From Pelomyxa schiedti (Eukaryota > Protista > Evosea): 33,023 bases of DNA. The stretch spans positions 1-33,023 of the forward strand of contig JAHLWZ010000986.1 of NCBI GenBank assembly GCA_020536535.1. Reading direction: 5' to 3'. The position numbers and the translations under genes are program-made. The notes beneath the pieces are model-generated. The model did no database searches, was not told the origin of the DNA, and was given only the letters and a program-made list of their open reading frames with translations. Shown in pieces: positions 11,520 through 22,897 of this stretch (position 1 is its first letter; each line of letters starts with the position of its first letter).

Positions 11520-13352
11520 ATGCAAGCGTCGACGTTCATAGGTAGGCACATTGGAAAGGCGTGGCGGTGGGGCAATCCCATAATAGAATAAACAGTTATT
11601 CCCCCGAATAGTGCTGACTACCAGTCGGTGCCACCCACTTTGGCAGAAATTGGCTCGAAGTTGGGTACTTCCTGAAATGCCACTTCTTTCTTACAACAAC
11701 AAAACCACACTAGTTGGGGATGCATCAACAGTGCATGCTGGGAAGGTACTTATTGCAACTTTATTATCTCTGTGTTGACTTTCGCACCAAGGGAGCCGTT
11801 TACCCAGTTCTTAGAGGGCCTGTTGTGCGTGTCGGATACACTGCTCCACGTCCTGTGTAATCCACCTATTTCTTTTTTTTTTTTTTCCCCTCATATAATT
11901 CTGTGAAGAATAGGAGAAATTGTGCATTGCTCATGGCACCCTTATTTACACACAGTAGTATTTGCACTGAAAAGCAATGTCATTGTGTTTTATGACATGA
12001 ACCATGAACGTTGCCTTCCAACTGCCTGATCTTTTTATTTCTCACCGGATTTGTGCAGAATGGAGTCCTGTTGTGCTTCACAGTGCGGTAATGTCAGAAA
12101 TCACTTCAGTGGTATGGCGGCCTTGCAGCAGGTCAACATTGGCAGTTTCCTGTGAAAGTGGTGTATGTATCTGGGTATTATTCAGCGGCAATGCTCCTCC
12201 TTTTCCCTCATTGAGCCGACGGGATGAGCCTGTTCCAGACGAAATGAGCGCCGATCGCCGTGAAGTATTCCCAGATAATTGCAATATCTGGATGGATCAC
12301 CTCACTTTTTGGGGTCACTCACAGGTGAGGGGATTATCATGGTCTCCCTCTGGGCAGTATGTCATCTCCCAAATACATCAAAACATCAAAAAAAGCAAAT
12401 AAAAACAATCAAAACCTCTGTGCGCAACACCCCCATCCCAAAAATTAATCTACACCTGATGGCAACGCTAAATAGCAAGGATGCGACCATAAACCCAACA
12501 AACGATCCCCTGTGATTCAATAGGTTTCTTGCCTCGTCTTCCCCTACCTCAGTTGTAGTGTGGGATGTGGCCAGCAAAACAGGGACTCCTTTATGGATGA
12601 CAAGTGACCCAGTCACGCTCTGGTCACCTGGAACCACAAATTTGGTTGCTGCATATGACTACAAAAGGAATTTACGGATATACAACACGATTACTTTGGA
12701 AAGTAAAAAGTGGAAAATAAACACGGCAGTGACGGTATGGCTTTCCTTTCATGAAGATGGTACTCGGTAATCCTTCTGACAGGATATTTGTTGGGTACCC
12801 ACTGGAAATCATTTGATGGTTACGTGTGACACAGGAATCATGATATTTTCGCAATCACCATCTGGTTGTTTCCTCATTTGGGTACTGTCTTCCTTACTCT
12901 CCCACTAGGTATGGTGTACAACACATGCTACCAATTCTCTACATCCTCCGAGGCTCCACTGTAACTTTATTTAAAAGCTTCTCCAATCTTATGCACTTAA
13001 ACAGATTGCACATTAGCAGTGCGCAGCTTGATCCCTCAGGTTGCCGTATGGCAGTTTGTTTTGATAAATTTCACATTGCTATTATTTCTGTGTGCCTCAA
13101 CAAGACTGGTATTCACATTCTTGACAACAAGTATGTCCATTTGCACACAAACACTAGTAATTATCCACAGAGGTTTTGTTGTTCCACCAAAATTAGCCGG
13201 TGAACTTGTTCAAATGAATTTTGCACCACATTTCCCTCATGGCGCTCTTCTTAGCTGTGTAAGTGCAATACTTTTCCTTCTGCCTCACTCACATAAACAC
13301 CCAGGTTTGGGAACACTCTACTTCTTTTGTACCTCTCTACTTCCGGAGATGA
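11520..13352 (+). CDS. AAAS: Aladin-like WD40 nucleoporin (start approximate)
   Basis: Spliced segments match Aladin motifs in order: CSWHPYLHTVVFAL, ITSVVWRPCSRSTLAVSCESGVCIW, GHSQVRGLSWSPSG, VWDVASKTGTPL, LDPSGCRMAV, FAPHFPHGALLSCVW and the terminal VPLYF. Stop TGA at 13350-13352. Confidence 0.8.
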
Positions 13353-13795
13353 GCACTTTCTTTCCACATCAAATTCTGGCAACCTTGAAACTGCTAACAC
13401 CCCACAATAAAGCACAACACAAAGCCACAGCAAATCAAATTCATGCATATGTATGCATGTTAACGGTAACATGCGTAAATATGACCTCTTGACACCAGTG
13501 TGCTTTTGTTCTCCAATCTCTTTTTTTGATGTATTCACGGAACCTCAAAAAAGGCAAACGAATTCGGGGTCGGTGAGTCAAAGACAGGTTGACAGTCCGT
13601 CGAAAAAAGGAAGGCAATGTGAGGTGTTTTGGGCTATTTGACAAGTTGACTCCGTCTACTGTTTCGGTTTCTCTTTTATACTCCTGTCCAAAATCACAAA
13701 GCTCACACAAACAAAAGAGAACAACCTTAACAGCTAAACAAAACAAAACAGTCGAAAACACAAACCCAAGAAGAATATTTCCAACTATCAAGAAG

Positions 13796-14726
13796 ATGAG
13801 CACTTCGACAACTGAAACAATAACAAGTTCAGCAGCCACAGTGAATGATCCTCTCGTGTCGAGGAGGAACGCATGCACCACCGCCACTATGGGATTTGGC
13901 TATGAAAATGAAGTAGCTATCACGATGGCACGTGGATTCATGGAAGACCCTTTGATGAATGCCTTGGCCCCTGAGCCCGCTCTGAGAAGGGTCCTACTTT
14001 GGTGCTTCTTCACGTCTTACTTCCCTTCTTTGGCTACTTCAAGATGCACTGTGAGTTTCTTTTCACATACCGAAAGGTGATTCAAAATTTCTTAACTTTT
14101 CTAGGTCGTGAGGAGGTGCTTCTCCAAGGAAGTACCTGCAATGGGAGACACTAAAGGTGCAACCATCTGGTTCGTTACTTTTTACACTTTCCGCAACTGA
14201 TTCCATCAACAGGGCGACTGCACCCCACAACACCTTCCAAGAAATTTGGATTTTTTTGACACTAGGATTTCTTGCTTGGTGGAACATAGGTTTCCATAAA
14301 CATTTATTCTATTCTTTTTTTAACCACAAATCAAGGGCTCAAAGGATTGATACTCGTTTTGCGAAACCTGACTACATTTTCTTATGTTGCCAGTTGTGAA
14401 GCGAGAATCATGGGCAAGGATTCCAATTACATGAAGCTGATTGCTATTGCTGTTGACCCCTCTATGCGAAGTGGTGGCTTGGGTTCACTGGTAATTCAAC
14501 CAGAACTTGACCTTGCTGATTCTAAAAATTTACCCTGCTACCTGGTAACATTTCACCACTGAAACTTTTCGACTCACAGGTCTTTACACTACAGGAGAGC
14601 AGCAACCTCAAGAACTTGACTTTCTACAAAAGAGCAGGATTTGAAGTTGTTGAGACTATCAAGCTTTTTGGAGTTCCCATCACTCTCATGAAACGCCCCA
14701 GAGCCTCTGACCGAAAATCCCTCTGA
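13796..14726 (+). CDS. GNAT family N-acetyltransferase (puromycin-acetyltransferase-like), 4 introns
   Basis: MARGFMEDPLM, motif A IAVDPSMRSGGLGSLVI and motif B CYLESSNLKNLTFYKRAGFEVV. Stop at 14724-14726. Confidence 0.88.
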
Positions 14727-14969
14727 CCGTGCCCTTGGTTCTTTGTGAATAAAGAAGATTGATTTTAAACAATCGGAAACTGAAAAGATGGTTACCAAAA
14801 CAAGGTCAACCCTCTTACGGGGATACAACCAACTCGAAAACCAGTTAAACAAACTCTAAAAGTGTCCTGAAAAAACAAAAACTCGTTTTTGGGGAGCTTT
14901 GGGCAAACATTGGCAATAGTTTCTGAAATCATCATTTTGAGAGGAAAACGGGTCGATTTATGTGCTGCA

Positions 14970-16057
14970 ATGGTGACGAACAGCGGCGATTGGGTGGCGA
15001 ATGAAGTGAAGGGTGACCCAGAAGCACAGCAACGAATAATGACAAAACTTGCATGTTGTGGCTGTGAATCAAGTGCAAACAACACTGTACGGCACCGATT
15101 GTGGCAGAAAACAAGTCACCGAAGAAAGTGAAAAGCTACATGTTATAAAGGCACCAACTGTTGCCTCTCACTCATTCAAGTAATTGTGGGATTGATACCC
15201 TTGTCGCCCATCAATGTAAACACAAGAATAGGAAGGGGAAACAGGGTTAAGGTTATATTTAACTCCTTTGTTATGTTGGTGGTTGGTGTAGTTATAGGCT
15301 GAGTCACACTCTGAGTATGTTTCCCAGAGATCCAAATCAGAAGACCTTCCGCGAACAATCAACGGTCCATTCTCACATAATTTGTTCTTAGCCTGCACAA
15401 AAACACTTTCTGTTGGGCTTATTCATGGCACACAACCAACCCACCAAACGTAGAAACCCTTACTTGCTGCTCAGAGTGTGGTTTCTTTGCAGATCACATC
15501 AAGTCCACGCATGAACGGCTTGATGCATATGCCAACTTGGTCCATAATAAGTGTGTAATTTTTTACTCACTCTCATTTGATCATTTGACTGTGTGGTAGG
15601 ACATCTCTAAGGGAAACTCTAATATCGAAAATGGAAGAAAAAAACCACTCACGCTGTGACATTGAAGTTGCTTTGAGTGTCCCTATTGGAGAGACTGTTG
15701 TTCCCACCTTGCCTGCAAACTGTTCAGCAAACCGGGTTGCTGCTTATTTGAAAAGTCCTGGTAGCTCTCCCTGTGCCTCTTTAGTTTTGATTTAAGTTCA
15801 TTCCAAGGACGAATTTATATTCTATTACTGCTGCAAGACAGTGACAACATTATAAACAATCGTGTGCCATGGACTCAGGTAGATTAACTGACTTGCCCTT
15901 CCTAATTATTATTATGCAGGTATGGCACTGGCATGATAATCTGGCAATTCTGTTGAGATATCCATACCATTGGGGTAGCATCCAATCATTTCAGCTCTCT
16001 CTTTGGCGGAGTTTTGTTCATTTATTAGGTGGAGATCAAGAAATTATTCTTACCTGA
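14970..16057 (+). CDS. Hypothetical multi-exon gene (model uncertain in the middle)
   Basis: Phase-compatible short exons bounded by GT-AG (MVTNSGDW...; YRLSHTLSMFPRD; TSLRETLISKMEEK...; VWHWHDNL...). No family recognised. Confidence 0.4.
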
Positions 16058-17122
16058 CACTGGAGGAATTAGCACTATTCTCAAAGGTATTTTCACATTG
16101 TTTTGAAGCTCCTGCAATGGAATAAGTTATTCTGGTGATATCAACCAGGAAAGGAAACCTGGAATGGTGGAGGAACTCTGGCAAGCAAATCTGAAGCACA
16201 GCAAACTCTGTTGTAATTCGAGGACTGATCTCCAATGCAGCATATCGGCCCTGCACAACACCCATGCATTCTTTATCTCTGGCAACAATGTTAGGCAATG
16301 CGGGCAATCGGACCCTTCAATGTCCGATTGCACTGAAGTCCCAAAGAAGCCCACAAGTCCATTCTGAACAAACAGTTAGACACTGAGAGATCTGTGACTG
16401 GAATACACACCAAAGGAGGCAAGAGTACTTCTTTGCATCGCAGTTAATTCCATAGCCTGCAAAGCATCATCTTGTGCATTCATCAAAGCAAAACCCACAT
16501 CATGGTGCAGCCCTTTACCTCAAGCATCAGTTCCAACACCTGCATTCAATTAATTTAAGCATCAACATTCCTACATACCTGCAAGTCACACAAATTCACT
16601 GTAAATTCGGCCCTCATGCAAATTCCAACCAATTACTGCACAATTCAACTGTAACCTGCATTAGAACTACCATTGGTGCACTGACAGCAAGTACCTGAAT
16701 ACTCATACACTTATTCTGGACCGATTTTCATCAATTCTCACAGTTCTGATCCATGCAAAGCGATTGCACTGCAATGGCATTAGCATTCATAAACGAGAGT
16801 ACACAATTACCTGGCAACTGGCAGACGGTCATCCAACTTTCTGAGGCATCATTCTGTTCAAAGGTTGCAGTGGATGAGGACAGAGCAGCAGTCATAGCCC
16901 CAGAAGCTGTGGCATTGGAAGTTGCAACACCAGAATTCACATTAGAGTTTGGATGTGGAAGTCACGTTGAGGGAAGAAGCATGAGGGGTAACACCAAAAT
17001 TCCCAATAGATGCAGATGTTGGCACAAACTGAGTGGACACAGGGGTGGTGTCTGCATAATGTGTAAGTAAGATGTAATGTGCCAAAGCCATAGCTTGGCT
17101 TTCGAATTGTATTTGATTCCAT
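16050..17122 (-). pseudogene. Spliced gene relic (or recoded gene) with multiple in-frame TGA codons
   Basis: Introns 16694-16656, 16578-16540 and 16410-16364 keep one reading frame, which has TGA at 16705, 16588, 16522 and 16319 and no TAA or TAG. Probable indels lie further up- and downstream. Confidence 0.55.
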
Positions 17123-17606
17123 GAGATTGGAGAGAAGGAGTGTGTGGTAGTTTATTAATTAGGAAGGAGGAATAGGTTTGGGGTATTGAGATATGTAATA
17201 CACACAGTTGTTGTGCCGCGGTTCTGGGCTTGTGGGTTCTGGTGTTGTCTGACAGTGTCCTGTAATTTATTAGCTGTTGTGTGTGACGAATCATGGGGGG
17301 AATAGTGACATTGTGTGGTGTATTTTTGTTCGCGTTTAAGAGGATGGGAGTGAATCACCACAGCACTTGTCAGACCACAAAACCATTTTGGGCTTGAAAG
17401 CGCACTGAGAACAGCCCGTCTTCATTGATACCATTAGAGCACAAGGCGGCGAAGCTTCTTGGTATCACCGTTCAACCCCCCCAACAACAACATCCCACTG
17501 CCCCACAATCCCACATTTTTCGTTCGTCAGGGCATAGCTGCTTGCAACTTCAACGGCACCGTCTCAACTTTCCAATAAAATTATTTTTTCATCACCCCGC
17601 CCGGTG

Positions 17607-18960
17607 ATGGATTTTCAGCTCGTCGGTGCACCGAAAACCATGGGCTTCCATCTATTGTATGACACCTCTCCAAGACATGGTGAAAATCTTGCTCCTGCAG
17701 CCATTTCCTTGTGTGTTGATGGTGTACCAACTATCAAACTCTCGTCTGCTGGAGTAACAGCGAATTTGTCTGCTGATTGTGAAGCAGCAGGAATTTATGC
17801 TAGCTTGTCTTCAATTGGAATTCACTCAAAGGAACATCTAGTTTCCTTTATTGGAGATAATTGTCCTGGTACTTCCAAAAACCCTTTGTTGTCTGTAATA
17901 AAAGTTAGGCATGCAAGGGGACAGTGGAGGAACTATTGAGACAGTGAAAAAGTGGTTGGGATGTCTGGGTACAGTTCGAACTGGTTGCTGGGATCATCTG
18001 CTGAACTTGGGGCTAAAGCTCCTGCAGTTGGAGCCATCACATCTGATACCCCAGTGAATCCATCAGCGTGCCTTTATTCTTTGTGGTGGCTGTCACATGG
18101 GGATGCAGCAATGAGTCCCTTGGAGTGGGAAGATGTTTCTAAAAGGTATTGTGCCACCATCCTGGTATGTGAGCAATTTCTGTGTTGAATATTCACTGTT
18201 AACAGCTGGGATACTGTAATTACAGCAAACCAGATTGTTCTGGAGAATCTACCCAGGCTTGAAGGAGTTCACATAACAGTAGGCACTGCTCAGTCCTCAG
18301 CTGAAGTTCTACAGACACTGCAGGCAGGACAACACCAAACGACTGTGGAAGCCCAGAATACCCACCCAAGGCAACAACCTCAAACAGAACTCACAGCATC
18401 AGCAGCACAACCACCAAGTGAGACAGATTCAAAACTACAGGAGATCTTCAGGGAGATGGAAGAGCAGCAGCAACGTGAACAGCCTGAGGGCTGGTACTCC
18501 TTGTCGAAAATTGAATTCAGGGGGGTGAAAGGAGCTGCTGTTGTGCTGACTGTCTTTAGTTCCATTTGGCAGAAAAAAAAAAAAAACCAGACCACCTATG
18601 CTACATAATAGCAACTTAGCTTTTCCTTCACAAGACCAAATAACTCAAACACAACAAAACTTCAACACTCAATTACTCAACCAATTTAACGACCATTGTG
18701 ATGTCGTTGAAACGGAGATCTTGTAAATGCTACACAGGGGAATGGTGCCAAAGGTGTCAAGCTTAGCTTTGGTGAATCTCTTGCCATTCTAATCCCACAA
18801 TCTAAAGTCTATCTCACTCAATTACTCAAACAAAATACAGTGATAAACTTGTTTTTCGTTGGTTGTTTTTGTTTTTCGTTCAATAGAACTGAAATGTCCA
18901 ATATATTTTTGAGTCAACTCCATTGGCCACTCCAAAAGACTTTTGTTCCAACTTGAAGCT
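17607..18960 (+). pseudogene. Hypothetical spliced gene with one internal TGA (3' end uncertain)
   Basis: ORFs 17604-17939 and 17952-18188 are in the same frame, separated only by TGA 17937-17939. Intron 18146-18205 links them to the frame of ORF 18345. Confidence 0.45.
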
Positions 18961-19008
18961 TAACGTTGATCAAAATCAAAAAATCCGATTTGGATAGATG
19001 TTGCTTCA

Positions 19009-19600
19009 CTATGGAGGGCCTACAACACCCTTGTCATTTTTCTTATGGACCACAGAGTAATCGCTAGATGGAGTGGTACTACCCGTGAACTTAAATGAGA
19101 ACAAAGGGTGACTGCCATCCCCATCCCACATTCTCTCTTGCATAGTTGAGTTTGCCATCCAAAACTCGTGGATGGCCTTGTTGTGTGCAATCATGTCACA
19201 CACCACCCCTGTGGAGTTTCCAGTGCGTTCTACCATTCTCATCAGATTTGGTGCCACAATTTTCATATGCGCTATCATTGCTTCCCGCTTTCCACCAAAC
19301 ACTCCACAGTTGTACAGAAGCTGTTCCTGCTGTAGTGCGACTTTTCCACTTGAACAAACTTGAAAGTGTCAGTTTCCAACTCCCTCACCACAGTCTCGTT
19401 CAGGCCATTGTGCATCAGAACACCGTGGATTCCGTGCTTGTGCAGAGAGTCATACCACCCTCTGAAGTACTCCACGCAAGTGGGAGTGTACTTGTTGCTC
19501 TTTCTCTGTGGCTCCAACCACAACAAGAGGGATGGTCGGTATTGGTTCTACAGCAGCAGCAACAGGGATGGATGATGACGATGATGATGACAGGGGTGCT
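19009..19600 (-). pseudogene. Glycosyltransferase-like pseudogene (copy C, more diverged)
   Basis: Retains YTPTCVEYFRGWYDSLHKHGIHGVLMHNGLNE and LYNCGVFGGKREAMI...CDMIAHN. It is 5'-truncated, with a 23-nt deletion near 19512 and a deletion of about 235 nt near 19330 that removes the TDVRDV motif. Confidence 0.85.
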
Positions 19601-20402
19601 GATATCGGTGCTGCAGCGCCATCACTGTGGTAATTGACATCTTTCTGTGTAAAAATCCCGTGAAAAAACGAACTTTTTCAGCCTGTGAGGGAACAATGAA
19701 AGACAGGGAAGAAGCGTTGGTTGCTGGAACAGAAAATCTTGCGTGGGTGATGGTGGTTGTTTGGTTTTGGCCTGGGTTGGTAAACCCAGTGCCCCACGGA
19801 CTTCCACATGCACTAGTTCCGGCGGGAGTGTTGATGTGTGGAAATTATGCCTACGATGATTTTGGCTGCAGATTTGGCTGAGTCCAGGGAGTTGGGAATT
19901 ATGTCAGTGGGTTCAGTTTCAGTTCTTGCTGGAGTTATGTTGGCACCTGTTTAGGATGTGTTTTACTGTTGATTCCTCCAAGCTTTAATGTGGGACAGCA
20001 AGTCTGGATGTATGTGAACCAGATCACATGGGAAGACAAGGAGGGCAGAAAGTTTGTCTCTGATAACAAAAGGGCCTTGCCAACAAGCTGCAAAGTCAAT
20101 GCTAATACCAACTGGAGAATGACATGAGAGGACTTCCCCTGGCCCAGCTGATCCACATCAGTAGACTCAAAGAGTATTACCCAAGAACACCAGAGGCAGC
20201 ACCGCAGATCGCAGAGATACATTTATCCACCATTAGACTTACCCCAAAAAACGCTTTTAGCATATTCCCGCGCTACCTGCGCGTTTTGGTGCAGCTGGCA
20301 TAAATGCGTACTGGTTGCTATACCCTGAAAAAGTATTAACTAATTAAAAAAAAACAAAAAAAAAAGAGTATCTGGACATGACGGAAATCCTCCTTATCGG
20401 TC

Positions 20403-20873
20403 ATGAAGACAAAAGGAAGGGAATTTGGTGGAGGCCGCTTTATGGCTTTGGTTGGACTTGCCGCAGCAGTTGTCCGCGCAACCTTCTCCTGCTTTATGAG
20501 GGTGTGTATTGGAACCCTGGACACAGGAGAAGAACAGCATCAAAGGTGGGAAGAAAAACAGAGAAGGAAGAGAGAAAACAGGAAGAGGGAGACTGAAAAG
20601 GACGAAGAAGTACCTGCCCTTATGCACAACACTGATGGCATTGACCCACACGATGGGGAGTGGCAACCACCAACGCCAGAGCCCACAGAACCACCCAAGA
20701 CAGGAATCACAGTGCCGACAACACAAGATGCACAACCAACTCACAAAGCCGACAGCGAGGGAGACATGACGAGCGCGAGTGCCAAATCGGCACCCACAAA
20801 AGCAGTGACTACAACAAATACCAGACCAACCCGAAAACGCCACCTTCCAGCCCGCCTCCACGATACAAGTTGA
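20403..20873 (+). other. Intronless low-complexity ORF, possible retroelement pol C-terminal relic
   Basis: A Pro/Thr/Glu-rich linker ends in RPTRKRHLPARLHD, resembling the R..R.R..P.RL.D tail found after LTR-retrotransposon integrases. No catalytic domain is visible. Confidence 0.3.
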
Positions 20874-21210
20874 TAACAACAACTACAAGTTGTACGCGGT
20901 GATAACAATAATTCTTCTCTAGTGTCTATCAGGAATCAAGAATTATTTTTGTTAGTATGACTATTTACAATCTTTCTGTGGTACAACGGCGGGGGATGCA
21001 AGGAAAGGCCATTAGAATGAACTCCGGCCTTTCCTGTGAATGGCCGGCTCTGTCCCGAACTAAGTTTCCCGATGATTCTTGGAACTTGCTCTCTGACATT
21101 GGTGAAACTGCAAGAGTTGAATGCCGCAATGAGGTTTTGCGTGCGTTTTCGGACTTCATTGCCACTAACCGTTTCTGAGAACTGATGACCGATTTGCAAG
21201 CAGGCGCTCT

Positions 21211-22194
21211 ATGCGCCGCTACCTTCTTTTCATCATAGTGGCGTCGCTAGCGTCCCTCGGTGTTCTCTTGCGTGCACCCATGTCATCATCCTTCGTCCCT
21301 GTTGTTGGCTATCCAATACCGACGATCCCCCTTGTTGTGGTTGGCGCCTACTTCCACGGTGAGGTTGATCCACAGAGGGCGATGACGTACACTCCCACTT
21401 GCGTGGAGTACTTCAGAGGGTGGTACGAGTCTCTCCACAAGTGCGGAATCCACGGTGTGCTGATGCACAATGGCCTGAACGAGAGTGTGGTGAGGAAGAT
21501 GGAGACAGACACGTTCAAGTTTGTGCTGGTGGACAAGTCACAGTACAGTACGAAGATGCACCCAAACGAGTGGAGGATGCTTGCCCTCCTGGATTTGGTG
21601 CGGAACCACAGCGAGTGGGAGTACGTGATGTCCACTGATGTTCGGGATGTGAGGTTCAACAGAAACCCAGTCGAGATGATGCGGAGCATCACTGACCGGG
21701 ACATATTCTTCTCGTGGGAGGTGAAGCCGGGATGGTGGTGGGTGCACAAAACGTGGAAGGAGTGCGAAGGGATTGACAGGACTGACGAACAGAAGAAGCT
21801 GTACGCCGTTGGAGTGTTTGGTGGAAAGCAGGAAGCAATGATCCTACACCTGGAAATGGTGGCACGACATCTGATCAGGATGGCAGGGCGCACTGGAAAC
21901 TCCACCAGGGCAGTCTGTGACATGATTGCACACAACATACCCATCTACGATTTTTGGATTGGAAACTCAACCGTGCACCAGGGGAGAATGTGGGACGGGG
22001 ATGACAGTCACCCTTTGTTCAGTATCAACTTGATCCCTGATCAGGAGAAGAGATACTCTGTTGTCCATAAAAGAAGACAGTCACTGGCCTGCCATAAATA
22101 TGCTGGATTTTATTCCGCTCACCACCCAATACTTCCTCCTAGAGTGACAAGAGACATAGAGGAAAAACCACAGGAAAAAAATTTGGCTGTCTGA
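21211..22194 (+). CDS. Intronless type II membrane glycosyltransferase-like protein (copy B, intact)
   Basis: 327-aa single ORF with an N-terminal signal anchor (MRRYLLFIIVASLASLGVLL), a GT-A-like VMSTDVRDV..NP motif, GVFGG and CDMIAHN. The functional call is by motif resemblance only. Confidence 0.7.
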   Translation: MRRYLLFIIVASLASLGVLLRAPMSSSFVPVVGYPIPTIPLVVVGAYFHGEVDPQRAMTYTPTCVEYFRGWYESLHKCGIHGVLMHNGLNESVVRKMETDTFKFVLVDKSQYSTKMHPNEWRMLALLDLVRNHSEWEYVMSTDVRDVRFNRNPVEMMRSITDRDIFFSWEVKPGWWWVHKTWKECEGIDRTDEQKKLYAVGVFGGKQEAMILHLEMVARHLIRMAGRTGNSTRAVCDMIAHNIPIYDFWIGNSTVHQGRMWDGDDSHPLFSINLIPDQEKRYSVVHKRRQSLACHKYAGFYSAHHPILPPRVTRDIEEKPQEKNLAV

Positions 22195-22374
22195 GCAGGA
22201 AAAGTGTTCACAAGTAGTGAGCAGTGATAGTGGCAAACAACCTAACAGGTGCTGCCAGTCACCAAGTTTTTGTATGTGATGTGTTAACAACTGTTTCCTT
22301 CAGTGGGAAACTGCACCAAAAGAGAATAAAGAGGCACAAAGTATTTTATTCATCTTGGAATGGATGGATACATT

Positions 22375-22465
22375 TGGCTGAATAAAATAATCAACAGACC
22401 GGAACGCTGTCCTTTTCGTTATCGTCGCTCAGGATCGGCGGTCTGGTGTTTTTTTTATTCAGCCA
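22375..22465. repeat. 91-nt terminal-inverted-repeat hairpin element, copy 2
   Basis: Perfect 13-bp terminal IR tggctgaataaaa/ttttattcagcca. About six differences from 11273-11362. Confidence 0.8.
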
Positions 22466-22897
22466 TTTGGGGTATAGGTTATTGTGTTTGTGTTGAGGTT
22501 TTCGTATATTTGTATAGAAATGAGGTGACTTGGTGTGTGTTTATAGAGGATTCCAAAGTCAAGGGAAAGGTCTTGGGTATCTCGATGATCTTTCTGTGAA
22601 CTTGATTTCCGAACTTGGTAAGTGATGACTCAGCCTCTGAGTCTCCAGTCTCGAGTCTTGCGAGTGTGCCTTGCGCACAGTTTGCCTGTGTGTTCGCAGA
22701 ATCACACACAACAAAGTGCCGTTGCTTTTGGCGCAGTGGAGGTGAGGCGCGGGTTATGGGAGGGAGACGTTCCACGATCCGAGAAGTGGAAAGGGTAAAC
22801 TCTGATTTGCCAAACCGCTCTTCCGCTCTGACATTTAGGGTAAAAAATTTTGTATCCAAACGACACTTTTAGCAAAAGCAAAACAACCACCGAGGCA

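Noticed and set aside
18666-18830. Direct repeat cactcaattactcaa (two copies)
   Set aside because: It is short and AT-rich, with no element features between the copies.
19627-20222. Possible coding fragment
   Set aside because: All frames are interrupted, with no consistent splice model or recognisable motif.
22622-22645. C/D box-like gtgatga...ctga with a small gactcag/ctgagtc hairpin
   Set aside because: The boxes are too close for a snoRNA, and no guide or terminal stem was identified.
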